Shown here: one piece after another, positions 1 through 9,630 of the stretch
Layout: each line of letters opens with the position of its first letter
Numbering within the stretch: the first letter of the stretch is position 1
Assembly (NCBI GenBank): GCA_029266415.1
Contig: JAQSWW010000007.1
Location: 1,035-65,034 of the forward strand
Source: Actinomycetospora sp.
GTDB taxonomy: Bacteria; Actinomycetota; Actinomycetes; Mycobacteriales; Pseudonocardiaceae
DNA length: 64,000 bases
Reading direction: 5' to 3'
Made by a program: the position numbers and the translations under genes
Notes under the pieces: generated by a model
What the model was told of the DNA's origin: nothing
Seen by the model: the letters and a program-made list of their open reading frames with translations, nothing else
Database searches by the model: none

Positions 1-472
1 CGCACACGTGGTGGTCGGGCACGAGGCTGATCGCCCGCCGGCCCTGGTCGGGTGCGGAGGCGTCGAGCACGAAGGTGCCGGTGTCCGCGATCGCGACGGC
101 GGCGCCGGTGACGACGGCGTCCACCTCGTCGAGCCTCGCCACCGACAACGGTGGCTCGTCGGGCCGGACGCGGGCGGTGACCTCGCCCAGCCAGCGCGCC
201 GGCAGCCCGGGCGGGGCGACGAAGGTGGTCGCCCCGGCGTCCTCCAGGACGCGCGCGACCGCCGCCGACACGTCGTCCTCGTCGGCGACCCGGTACACGG
301 TGGCCTTGTAGTCGGTGAGGGTCTCGGTCAGCCGGCCCACGACCTCGACGCTCCCCGGCGCCAGCGTCCCGCTCCGCCGGTACTCCCGCGGCGTCGGGGG
401 CACCCCGCCGCGCGGCGCGCCCGCGTCCCGCGCGGCCCGCAGCCGGGCCAGGACCTCCTCGCGCGCGGTCAC
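1..472 (-). CDS. lutC: LutC/YkgG (LUD domain) lactate utilisation protein, runs off window start
   Basis: GTG at 472 overlaps the lutB stop (GTGA); reads MTAREEVLARLRAA...; third gene of the lutABC operon. Confidence 0.8.
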   Translation of the reverse strand, partial: MTAREEVLARLRAARDAGAPRGGVPPTPREYRRSGTLAPGSVEVVGRLTETLTDYKATVYRVADEDDVSAAVARVLEDAGATTFVAPPGLPARWLGEVTARVRPDEPPLSVARLDEVDAVVTGAAVAIADTGTFVLDASAPDQGRRAISLVPDHHVC

Positions 473-1944
473 GACCCAGCGCCCCGCGTCCGCTTCCACC
501 ACTGCCGGAACGTCTCCGGCGGCGGCGTCGGCATGTCGCGCGCCGAGGTCCACTGTGAGCCCGGGTAGGGCAGGAAGCGGATGCGCCCGGAGCGGCCCGC
601 GAAGCGCCCGAGGCCCAGCACGCGCTCGGCCGCCCGGAACCGTGCCGGCGACACCATCGCCGCCGCCACCGTGCGCATCGCGACGTCCTGGGCGGTCGGG
701 GTGCGGTGCGACGCGATCGACGCCGCGCGCTGCTGCACGAGCAGGTTGGGGATGTCGATGCGCACCGGGCACGCGTCGAAGCACGCCCCGCACAGCGAGG
801 ACGCGTAGGGCAGCGAGGCGTTGGGGTCGTCGGGGCCCGAGATGCCCGTGAGCTGCGGCGAGAGCACCGCGCCGATCGGCCCGGGGTAGACCGAGCCGTA
901 CGCGTGCCCGCCCGCGCGCTCGTAGACCGGGCAGACGTTGAGGCACGCCGAGCACCGGATGCAGTGCAGCGCGGCCCGGCCCTGCTCGTCGGCGAGGACG
1001 TTCGACCGGCCGTTGTCCAGCAGCACCAGGTGGAACGCCTGCGGCCCGTCGCCGGGCGTCACGCCGCTCCACGTCGAGGTGTAGGGGTTCATCCGCTCCG
1101 CGGTGGACGAGCGCGGCAGCAGCTGGAGGAACACCTCCATGTCCGACCACCGCGGGACGACCTTCTCCACGCCCATCACGGTGATCAGCGTGTCCGGGAG
1201 CGTCAGGCACATCCGCCCGTTGCCCTCGGACTCGACCACCGAGATCGTCCCGGTGTCGGCGGCGGCGAAGTTGGCGCCGGAGATCCCGACACGGGCCGAC
1301 AGGAACTTGCGCCGCAGGTGGGCCCGCGCCGCCATCGCGAGGCGGCGGGGCTCGTCGGTGAGGTCCGGGTCCACCCCCGGCAGCGCGCGCAGGAAGATGT
1401 CGCGAATCTCGGAGCGGTTGCGGTGGATGGCCGGGACGAGGAAGTGCGACGGCCGGTCGTCGGAGAGCTGGACGATGAGCTCGGCGAGGTCGGTCTCCGT
1501 CGCGGTGATGCCCTGCTCGGCGAGGGCCTCGTTGAGCCCGATCTCCTGGGTCGCGATCGACTTGACCTTGACCACCTCGTCGGCGCCCGCCTCGCGCACC
1601 AGCGACGCCACGATCGCGTTGGCCTCGCCCGCGTCGCGGGCCCAGTGCACGACGCCGCCGCGGGCGGTCACCGCCTCCTCGAGCTGCTCGAGCAGCTCGG
1701 GCAGCCGCGCCATGGTGTCGGCCTTGATCGCCTCGCCGGCGCGGCGCAGCTCCTCCCAGTCGGGCACCTCGGCGACGACGCGGGCCCGCTTCCCGCGGAT
1801 GGTGCGCGTGGCGTGCCCGAGGTTGCGGCGCAGCTGGGTGTCGGCCAGCGCGCGGTGCGCGGCCACCGGGAACGACTCCGTCCCGCGCAGGAAGCCGACG
1901 TCGTCGGGCGCGACCGTCGGCATGCCGAGATCGGTGCTGGTCAC
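469..1944 (-). CDS. lutB: LutB/LldF Fe-S lactate utilisation protein B
   Basis: C-terminal part of ORF 469..5841; SEGNGRMC, CIRCSACLNVCPVY and SSLCGACFDACPV ferredoxin motifs; GTG overlaps the lutA stop. Confidence 0.92.
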   Translation of the reverse strand: MTSTDLGMPTVAPDDVGFLRGTESFPVAAHRALADTQLRRNLGHATRTIRGKRARVVAEVPDWEELRRAGEAIKADTMARLPELLEQLEEAVTARGGVVHWARDAGEANAIVASLVREAGADEVVKVKSIATQEIGLNEALAEQGITATETDLAELIVQLSDDRPSHFLVPAIHRNRSEIRDIFLRALPGVDPDLTDEPRRLAMAARAHLRRKFLSARVGISGANFAAADTGTISVVESEGNGRMCLTLPDTLITVMGVEKVVPRWSDMEVFLQLLPRSSTAERMNPYTSTWSGVTPGDGPQAFHLVLLDNGRSNVLADEQGRAALHCIRCSACLNVCPVYERAGGHAYGSVYPGPIGAVLSPQLTGISGPDDPNASLPYASSLCGACFDACPVRIDIPNLLVQQRAASIASHRTPTAQDVAMRTVAAAMVSPARFRAAERVLGLGRFAGRSGRIRFLPYPGSQWTSARDMPTPPPETFRQWWKRTRGAGS

Positions 1945-2777
1945 GGGTGGACCCCCTTGCTCTCGCCGACCTCGGCGGTGTCGAAGACGATGTCGCGGGC
2001 GGGGGTGCCCTGCTCGGTCCCGGATGGTCCAGCTCCGCTGCGCTCCGTGTCCGAAGAGGCCAGGATCTCGGCGAGGTGCACCGTGCGCACGCCCGAGCGC
2101 AGCCGCGAGAGCCCGCCGCCGATGTGCATGAGGCACGACGAGTCGCCGGCGGTGCACACCTCGGCACCCGAGGTCAGCACGTTGGCCATCTTGTCCGCGA
2201 GCATCGCGGTGGAGACCTCGGCGTTCTTCACCGCGAACGTGCCGCCGAACCCGCAGCACACCTCGGCGTCGGCCAGCTCGGTGAGCTGCAGCCCGCGGAC
2301 CTCGCGCAGCAGCCGCAGCGGCTTGTCGCCGACGCGCAGCATGCGCAGCGAGTGGCACGTCGGGTGGTAGGTGACGCGGTGCGGGTAGTAGGCGCCGACG
2401 TCGGTGACCCCCAGGACGTCGACGAGCAGCTCGGAGAGCTCGTAGGTGCGCCCGGCGAGCTCCTCGGCCGCCCGCGCCAGGCCCTCGTCGCCGCCGCGCC
2501 GCGCGACCATCGCGTGCTGGTGGCGCACGCACCCCACGCACGACCCCGACGGGGCGACGGACACGTCGGCGGCGTCGGCGAAGACCTCGACGTGGTGGCG
2601 CACCAGCGGCAGCGCCATGTCGAGGTAGCCGGTGTTGACGTGCATCTGCCCGCAGCAGGTCTGGTCCTCGGGGAAGACGACCTCGTGGCCGAGCCGTTCG
2701 AGGATCTCGACCGTGGCCTTCACGGCCTGCGGGAACATCGCGTCCCCGAGGCACGTGGCGATGACGGCGATCCTCAC
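1941..2777 (-). CDS. lutA: LutA/YkgE (Fe-S)-binding CCG-domain protein
   Basis: Two CCG motifs (QTCCGQ, VCCGFGG), TYHPTCH; first gene of lutABC. Confidence 0.92.
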   Translation of the reverse strand: MRIAVIATCLGDAMFPQAVKATVEILERLGHEVVFPEDQTCCGQMHVNTGYLDMALPLVRHHVEVFADAADVSVAPSGSCVGCVRHQHAMVARRGGDEGLARAAEELAGRTYELSELLVDVLGVTDVGAYYPHRVTYHPTCHSLRMLRVGDKPLRLLREVRGLQLTELADAEVCCGFGGTFAVKNAEVSTAMLADKMANVLTSGAEVCTAGDSSCLMHIGGGLSRLRSGVRTVHLAEILASSDTERSGAGPSGTEQGTPARDIVFDTAEVGESKGVHP

Positions 2778-2988
2778 GGGTGGTGTCCTCCCCGGACGGC
2801 GGTGGTGTCCGGTCAGTCTCCCCCGCGGACGCCGACCCCGCAGGCACCGCGATGTACGTGTGACCTCCGGTCACCTGATTCCGGCCCCGGCAACGACGCA
2901 AGCGGGGGTATCGGCCTTCCGCCCTCCCGGTGGTTTCGCGACACTGCGCACACGAACGGTCGAGTGTGCGCGGAGGGACGGGTCGGTC

Positions 2989-5619
2989 ATGCCGGAGAGC
3001 CGCCCGCTGGTCGGGCGCTCGGAGTCGGTCGCCGCCGTGGTCGCCGCCGCCCGGGACGACCGGCTCGGGGCCGTGGTCGTCGGTGGGCCCCGCGGGATCG
3101 GCCGCACCCGGCTCACGCGGACGGCCGCGACCGCGGTCGTGCACGGGCCGGGAGCCGGGCGCTGGCGTGTCTCCACCGTCATGACGAGCCTGGTCACGAG
3201 CGAGGTCCCCCTGGGGGCGCTCTGCCACCTGCTCGGCGACCTCGACCCGGGGATCACCGACACCGCCGCGCTGCTGCGCGAGGCCCGCCGCCGGCTCGGC
3301 GAGGAGGGCGTGCGGCGGCTGGTCGTCGTCGACGACGCCCACCTGCTCGACGCGACCTCGGCGGTGCTGCTCGCCCAGCTCGCCCGCGCCGGGCAGGCGT
3401 TCCTGCTGCTCACGCTGCCCGACGGCGCCGTCGCCCCCGACCCGTTCCGCGGGCTCGCCCGCGACGGCTACGTCCGGCGCGTCGAGCTGACCGAGCTCGA
3501 CCGCGCCCAGTCCGACCACCTCGTCACCGCGACGCTCGGCGGCCACGTCGACGGCGTCACGCTCGACCGGCTGTGGGAGCTGTCCCTGGGCAACCCGCGC
3601 TTCCTGTGCGAGCTGGTCGACGGCGCGCGGGACGAGGGCGCACTCCACCTGGCCGGCTCGGTGTGGCGCTGGGACGCGCCCCGGCACCCACCGCGGCGCC
3701 TCATCGAGCTGCTCACCGACCGGCTCGGCGGGCTGGACCCGGTCGAGCAGGACCTCATGCGCACGCTCGCGTTCGGCCAGCCGCTGGGCTCGGAGATCCT
3801 CGGCATCGCCTTCCCCGACAGCGCGCTGCTGCGGCTCGAGGGCGAGGGGCTGATCACCTCGACCCGCGACGGGCGGCGCCTCGAGGTCGCGCTCGCCCAC
3901 CCCCTCTACACCGAGCTGCTGCGCAGCGGCGCCACCCCGCTGCAGGAGCGCGAGGTCTACCGGCGGCTGCGCCGCGCGCTCGAGGCGTCCGGCTCGAAGC
4001 GCGCGGCCGACCGTTACCGCATGCTGGCCTGGCGGGTCGCCGAGGGCCTGTCGGTCGACCAGTCCGAGCTCCTCGACGCCGCCGTGGGTGTTTCCGGGGA
4101 CGACCCGCGCACCGCGGAACGCCTGCTGCGCGCGGCCGCCGACCACGGCGCGGGCTTCGACGTGCTGTGGCGGCTGGGCCTGCTGCGGGTGGACCTCGGA
4201 CTCTTCGACCCCGCCGAGACGGCCTTCGCCAGCGCCGCCAAGCTCGCCGAGGCCAGCGACATCGTCGCGCCCGCCCCCGACCCCGTGCTCGTGGCCACCG
4301 CCCGCTGCCGCAACCTGTCCTGGGGCCTGCGCGACGACGCCGGGGCGCTGGCCGCGGCGTCGACGGCGCTCGCGGCGGCGGCCCTGCGCGGCACCGCGGA
4401 CAGCCCGCTCGCCGTCACCCTCGGGGGCTTCGTGTGCCTGCTGGACCACCGGCCCGCCGCCGCCCTCGCCGCGGTGACGCCGTTGCTCGACGGCCCCGAC
4501 GACGACCTCGCCACGCTCGCGGGCCTCGCCGTGGCCGCCCGGTCCCGGCTCCAGCTCGGGGAGGGCGAGCAGGCCGTGGCCCTCGCGGTGCGCGGGCTCG
4601 CCGCCGGCCCCCGCCCCGGCGGGAGCTGGCTGACCGTCGAGCTGCGCATCGTGCAGTGGTGCGCGCTGCTGGGCATGGGCCACCTCGACGAGGCCGAGGC
4701 GCTGGCCCGGCGCTGGCACGTCGAGGCCGGACCGGGCGGGGTCGCCGAGCACATCGCGCTCTACCTGTCCTGGCTCGGCATCGTCGCCGGGCGCCGCGGG
4801 CGGCTGCAGACCGCGGTGCGGCTGCTGCACGAGGCCGCCGCCGGGGTGTCCGCGCGCCGGTTCCCGTTCACGGTGCCCCTGGTCAGCGAGCTGGCGGTCG
4901 CGCTGGCCGGGCTCGGGCGCACCACCGAGGCCCAGGACGTCCTGGCGGAGGCGCAGGGCCCCACGGGCGGCCCGCTCACCGGATGGCTGCAGAACGCCCA
5001 GGTGTGGCTCGCCGGTGTCGAGGGCCGCACGACGCGGGCCACCGAGCTCGCCCTCCAGGCGCGTTCCGGCGCGTCGCACGCCGAGCGGCGGCAGGCGCTG
5101 CACGCCGCGGTGCGCCTGGGCGCGGGGCGTCCCGTCGCCGAGGCGCTGGAGGCGCTGGCGGGCCCCGGCGACGGCGCGCTCCCGGCGGTCCTCGCCGCTC
5201 ACGCCCGCGCGCTGGCCGCGGGCCACGGCACCGACCTGGACGCGGTGGCCGGGCGCTTCGCCGAGCTCGGGCACCTCCTGCTCGCCGCCGAGGCGTGGGC
5301 GCAGGCGTGCGCGGCGCACCGGGCCGCGGGGCACACCGGGGCCGCGGGCTGGTCGGCCTCGCGCAGCCGCGCGGCGTCGGAGGCGTGCGAGGGCGCCGAG
5401 ACGCCGGCCGCGGGGCTGCTCGAGCGCACCGGCGAGCTGACGCCGCGCGAGGCCGAGATCGCCGCGCTCGCGGCCGGCGGCCTGACCAGCCGGGCGATCG
5501 CCGATCAGCTCGTGATCTCGGTGCGCACCGTCAACAACGTGCTGCGCTCGGTGTACGCGAAGCTCGGCGTGGCCGGGCGCGGGGAGCTCTCCGACGCCCT
5601 CGGCCTCCGCCCCCACTGA
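2989..5619 (+). CDS. Large AAA-ATPase/LuxR-family transcriptional regulator (IniR/LAL-like)
   Basis: LVGR N-terminal motif, degenerate Walker A GPRGIGRT, Walker B VVVDDAHLLD, GNPRFL, C-terminal LuxR HTH (LTPREAEIA...ISVRTV...YAKLGV). Confidence 0.88.
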   Translation: MPESRPLVGRSESVAAVVAAARDDRLGAVVVGGPRGIGRTRLTRTAATAVVHGPGAGRWRVSTVMTSLVTSEVPLGALCHLLGDLDPGITDTAALLREARRRLGEEGVRRLVVVDDAHLLDATSAVLLAQLARAGQAFLLLTLPDGAVAPDPFRGLARDGYVRRVELTELDRAQSDHLVTATLGGHVDGVTLDRLWELSLGNPRFLCELVDGARDEGALHLAGSVWRWDAPRHPPRRLIELLTDRLGGLDPVEQDLMRTLAFGQPLGSEILGIAFPDSALLRLEGEGLITSTRDGRRLEVALAHPLYTELLRSGATPLQEREVYRRLRRALEASGSKRAADRYRMLAWRVAEGLSVDQSELLDAAVGVSGDDPRTAERLLRAAADHGAGFDVLWRLGLLRVDLGLFDPAETAFASAAKLAEASDIVAPAPDPVLVATARCRNLSWGLRDDAGALAAASTALAAAALRGTADSPLAVTLGGFVCLLDHRPAAALAAVTPLLDGPDDDLATLAGLAVAARSRLQLGEGEQAVALAVRGLAAGPRPGGSWLTVELRIVQWCALLGMGHLDEAEALARRWHVEAGPGGVAEHIALYLSWLGIVAGRRGRLQTAVRLLHEAAAGVSARRFPFTVPLVSELAVALAGLGRTTEAQDVLAEAQGPTGGPLTGWLQNAQVWLAGVEGRTTRATELALQARSGASHAERRQALHAAVRLGAGRPVAEALEALAGPGDGALPAVLAAHARALAAGHGTDLDAVAGRFAELGHLLLAAEAWAQACAAHRAAGHTGAAGWSASRSRAASEACEGAETPAAGLLERTGELTPREAEIAALAAGGLTSRAIADQLVISVRTVNNVLRSVYAKLGVAGRGELSDALGLRPH

Positions 5620-5641
5620 CGTCGCACACGGACCCGCGGGC

Positions 5642-7717
5642 TCACCCGCCGCCCTGGGTGGTCCCCGAGGTGTTCCCGCCGCCGTCGGTGCCGCCGCTGG
5701 TCTCCTCGCAGCACGGGGTCTCGGGGCGGGGGGTGCCGCTGGGCGGCCAGGAGGTGCGCTCGTTCCGCTCGCGACCACCCGAACCGCCGCCCGACCCGCC
5801 GGAGCCCGACCCGGCGCTCCCGGCCGAGCCGCCGCTGCCACCCGAACCGCCGCTCCCGCCGGTGCCGGGGTCCGGGCCCACGGGGGCCACCGGCGCCTCG
5901 GTCGTCGTGGGCAGGGGCACCGGGGCCACGACCTGGGACGGGGTGGGCGCCGGAGCGGGCGGTGTCTCGGCCGCGACGGTCGAGTAGGCGAGCGCGCCGC
6001 CGCCCAGGAGCAGGACCGCCAGGGCGACCAGCGCGACGACCAGCGGCCGCCGACCGCGCGACCGGGCCACCGGCGCCCCGCCCACGTCGTCCCGACCCGG
6101 CGCCGCGTGCACGGCGGTGGCGCTCTGCACGGCGGTGGCGTCGGTCGGGACGCTGCCGGCCGGGGTGCGTGCGGGGTTGACCCAGGTGGTCGACCCTGCG
6201 GTCGCCGCGGTCGTGCCGCCGTGCGTGCCCGTGTGTCCGGGCTTCCCGCCCGCCGGTCCCTGACCCGGGTGGGTCCAGGTCGCCGACCCGGTCGCGGCCG
6301 GGAAGCCGCCGGTGGGCGTCCGGCCGGGGTTCACCCAGCGGGTCGCGCCGGTGGTGGGCGCGGCGGGCGACCGGGACGCCACGACGGTGGGGATCGACCC
6401 GGAGTGGGGGTGCGCGCCCGGCCCGGTGCCGGGCCGGGTCCGGGGCCCCGTGCCGGGCGCGGTCGTGGGCCCGGCGGTGGGCCCGGCCGTGGGCACGGGC
6501 CGGGGGCCCGTCCGGGGTCCGGTGGCGACCACGGTGGGGCCGACCGGGATCCCGCCCGACGGGGTCCGCGGGCCCGACCGCACCGGCGTCCGGTAGGGCG
6601 CCCCGGAGCTCGGGAACACCGCGGTGTGGCTCGCGTTCGCCGCGCCCGACACGCGCGCCGGCGGTTCGACCAGCATCGCGGCGCCGAGCACGATCGCGTG
6701 CTTGGGGTGCGCGTCGACGGACGTGGGCCGTCCGAGCTCGGCCGAGACCATGCGGGAGACCAGCGGGATGCGCGAGGACCCGCCGACCAGCAGCACGGTG
6801 TCGAGCTGGTCCGGGGCCACCGCGGCCGACTCCAGCGCGCGCCCGAGTGCGGCGATCGTCGCCGTCACCGAGGGACGGATCATCTCCTCGAACTCGCCCC
6901 GGGTCAGCCGCACCTCCGTCTGCAGGTTCGGCAGCAGGACCGGGATGGTCGCCTCGGTGTCGGCCGACAGCGCCTCCTTGGCCAGCACGCAGTCCTGGCG
7001 CAGGCGGACGATCGCGCTCGTGGCCGCGGCGTCGGCCGGGTCGAGCGCGGACACCGCGCCGTCGAGGCAGCGGTCGACGTGGGCGAACACGGCCTCGTCG
7101 AAGTCGACGCCGCCGAGGCCCTCGACGCCCTCGGGCTCCCCGAGGATCTCGAAGCCGCCGCCCGTGGTGTGCAGCACGGTGGCGTCGAACGTGCCGCCGC
7201 CGAGGTCGTAGACGGCGACGGTGCGGCCCTCACCGATGCGCTCGTTGGCCGCGTAGTGCGCGGCGGCAGCCTCCGGCTCGGTGATCATCGCAACGTCGTG
7301 CAGGTCGGCGAGGCGCGGCACCTGCTCGAACAGCTCGCGCTTGTAGGGGCCCCAGTTGGCCGGGTGGGTCAGGCGCACCGCCGTCGGGGGGCCGCCCTCG
7401 CGCTCGGAGATCTGGGCGACGACCTCGCGCAGCTGCGCGGCGAGGAGGTCGGTCGCGGAGTACGGGGTGCCGCCCAGCAGGAGGGGTGTCGGGTCGCCGA
7501 GACGCCGCTTGACCTCCCGGGCCACGCGGTCGGGCTCGCCCGCCGCCCGGCGCACGGCCGCGTCGCCGACCAGCACACCGCCGTCGGCGCGCACGAGCAC
7601 CACCGACGGCATCGCCGTCGAGCGGTCGCCCAGCGACGCCATCTCGACGTGGCCGTCACGGACGACCGCCGCCGCCGTGAACGTGGTGCCGAGATCGACA
7701 CCGAGCCCGTACGCCAC
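5642..7717 (-). CDS. Hsp70-family protein (ATPase domain only) with Pro/Thr/Gly linker and C-terminal transmembrane anchor
   Basis: GVDLGTT, EPEAAA, YDLGGGTFD, LLVGGSSRIP; hydrophobic segment PLVVALVALAVLLLGGGALAY; RBS GAGGAGG upstream. Confidence 0.88.
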   Translation of the reverse strand: MAYGLGVDLGTTFTAAAVVRDGHVEMASLGDRSTAMPSVVLVRADGGVLVGDAAVRRAAGEPDRVAREVKRRLGDPTPLLLGGTPYSATDLLAAQLREVVAQISEREGGPPTAVRLTHPANWGPYKRELFEQVPRLADLHDVAMITEPEAAAAHYAANERIGEGRTVAVYDLGGGTFDATVLHTTGGGFEILGEPEGVEGLGGVDFDEAVFAHVDRCLDGAVSALDPADAAATSAIVRLRQDCVLAKEALSADTEATIPVLLPNLQTEVRLTRGEFEEMIRPSVTATIAALGRALESAAVAPDQLDTVLLVGGSSRIPLVSRMVSAELGRPTSVDAHPKHAIVLGAAMLVEPPARVSGAANASHTAVFPSSGAPYRTPVRSGPRTPSGGIPVGPTVVATGPRTGPRPVPTAGPTAGPTTAPGTGPRTRPGTGPGAHPHSGSIPTVVASRSPAAPTTGATRWVNPGRTPTGGFPAATGSATWTHPGQGPAGGKPGHTGTHGGTTAATAGSTTWVNPARTPAGSVPTDATAVQSATAVHAAPGRDDVGGAPVARSRGRRPLVVALVALAVLLLGGGALAYSTVAAETPPAPAPTPSQVVAPVPLPTTTEAPVAPVGPDPGTGGSGGSGGSGGSAGSAGSGSGGSGGGSGGRERNERTSWPPSGTPRPETPCCEETSGGTDGGGNTSGTTQGGG

Positions 7718-7845
7718 CGCTCCTCCTCGTCACCGTTCCCCGTCCTGCTCACTGTCGCCCCCCTGGGCACGACCGTCGAGAGCAACCGGGTACTCACCCA
7801 TCGCTCGCGCAGCTCTCCGCGTTGCTCTCCTCGGTCGATCTCCCG

Positions 7846-9630
7846 TCACCCGGCCGGTCGTCCGAGCCGTCGGGACGCCGCCAGCAGCCCCTCACAGGTC
7901 CGCACGAGCACCCGCGCGGTCTCGCGCACGGCCCGCGTGGACCCGGGGTGCTCGACGCGCCGCTGCCAGTGACCGAGCACCACCGACGCCGCCCGGGCCA
8001 CCTCCTCGCTGCGGGCGTCCTCGGGCAGGCCGAGCCGGGTGGCCGGGGCGAGCCCCTCGCCGCCGAGGAGGCGCTCGGCGTCCGCGCGCTCGTCGTCGGG
8101 GAGCACGACCGCCCCCGTGTGGAGCCGGTCGAGCACCCGCACCTCGACGAACTCGTGCGCCCCGGCGGTGATCTGCTCGATCTCGCTGCGCAGGCTCTGC
8201 GTGTCCGCCATCGGCCAGCGCCGGATCACCCCCTCGAGCACGGTGAGCGCCGACTGCGCGCGCAGCACGTCCGCGCGCCCGGCGAAGCGGGTGGTCAGCA
8301 CGTCGCGCAGAGGTCCCAGGCCGCTGTGGTGCACGAGCTCCCGGGAGAGCTCCCCGGCCGTCGTGACCGTGCCCTCGCGCAGGAGACGCACCGAGAGCCG
8401 CACCCCGAACAGGCCGTAGCGGTCGAGGAGGACCGCGCGGCGGCGGGCCTCGACGTCGACGTCGCTCTCCGCGGTGGCGAAGCGCGTCGCAGTCAGCAGG
8501 AGGCGGTCGACGTCCGCGACCGGGGCCGTGGCCAGCTTGCCGAGGGCCCGGAACTCGTCCTCCCGCAGGGTGGCCGCGCTCGCACCGAGCAGCCCGGCCA
8601 CCGGCATCACCGTCTGGCACAGCCCCCGGACGCGGACGTCGTCGCGGTAGCGGGCGGCGATCGTGTGCGCGCTCTCGAGCGCATCCGGGCGGGCGTGCCC
8701 CACCTCGTCGGCGCGCGCGAGCACGCCGACGGCGTTGATCGGCCAGCGCTTGGCGGGGTCGTCGCGGAACGCCTCCAGGAAGCGCATGTCCGACGCGTGG
8801 ACGTGGCGCATGAGGTAGAGGACCGCGTCGGCCTCGGAGGACCCGGTGGCGCCGGGCACGAGGGCGGCCTCGGTCCGCCGGGAGAGCTCCGCGCTCAGGG
8901 AGTCGAGGCCGGGCGTGTCGATCAGGGTCATCGTCTGCAGGGCGCGCGAGGGCCAGTCCACGAGCAGGCGGTCGACGTCGTCGGCCCCGAGCCGGCCCAG
9001 GTCGAGGTCGAGCAGCCCACCCGTCGGCCCGGGCGGCAGCTGCCGCGCGGTGCCGTCGCGCAGGAGCGCCTGCACGCGGTACGTGTGGCCGTCGCGGAAC
9101 CACGTGACGATCCTCGTGCACTCCCCGGCGTCGGTCGCCGCCAGTTCCTGCCCGACGAGGGCGTTGAGCAGCGTCGACTTGCCGGCCTTGAGCCGGCCGG
9201 CGATGGCCACCCGCAGCGGCTCGTCGAGCCGGCGGGTCGCCCGGTCGATGATCGGCGCCGCGGGGCCGCCGCGGTACAGGGGCGCGACGCGGATCATGAG
9301 GGCGCGCACGCGGTGCAGCAGGGGCGAGTCCGCCGGCGGCGGCGCCGAGGGTGACCACGGCCGACCGGCCGGGCCAGGCGGCGCGTGCCGCGGCGGGTGG
9401 GTGGGCGGGCCGGTGCGCGGTCCGACCGGGGGCGCCGGCCGGCCCGCCGGCGGGCCGGTCCGCGGCGGCAGGGGACCGCCGGGCGGGGCGGGCCAGGCCG
9501 GCGGCGGGGTCGGACGTCCGGGCGCGGGGCCGGGACCGCGGGGCGGCGGGTGTGGCGGGTGTGGCTGGTGCGGTGGCGGGCCGCCCGGCGGCCAGCCCCC
9601 GGGTGACCGGGGTGGCCCGGGCCTGCTCAC
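7846..9630 (-). CDS. Bacterial dynamin-like GTPase, IniC-like, with Pro-rich N-terminal extension
   Basis: G1 AGRLKAGKSTLLNAL, ECTRIVTW, G3 DTPG, G4-like ARADE; GTG overlaps the upstream stop. Confidence 0.85.
   Translation of the reverse strand: MSRPGPPRSPGGWPPGGPPPHQPHPPHPPPRGPGPAPGRPTPPPAWPAPPGGPLPPRTGPPAGRPAPPVGPRTGPPTHPPRHAPPGPAGRPWSPSAPPPADSPLLHRVRALMIRVAPLYRGGPAAPIIDRATRRLDEPLRVAIAGRLKAGKSTLLNALVGQELAATDAGECTRIVTWFRDGHTYRVQALLRDGTARQLPPGPTGGLLDLDLGRLGADDVDRLLVDWPSRALQTMTLIDTPGLDSLSAELSRRTEAALVPGATGSSEADAVLYLMRHVHASDMRFLEAFRDDPAKRWPINAVGVLARADEVGHARPDALESAHTIAARYRDDVRVRGLCQTVMPVAGLLGASAATLREDEFRALGKLATAPVADVDRLLLTATRFATAESDVDVEARRRAVLLDRYGLFGVRLSVRLLREGTVTTAGELSRELVHHSGLGPLRDVLTTRFAGRADVLRAQSALTVLEGVIRRWPMADTQSLRSEIEQITAGAHEFVEVRVLDRLHTGAVVLPDDERADAERLLGGEGLAPATRLGLPEDARSEEVARAASVVLGHWQRRVEHPGSTRAVRETARVLVRTCEGLLAASRRLGRPAG

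Noticed and set aside
469-5841. 1790-aa ORF on the minus strand (and 1346-aa ORF 1947..5987 on plus)
   Set aside because: Only the last 491 aa are LutB; the rest are Arg/Gly/Ala-rich shadow frames caused by stop-codon scarcity at high GC
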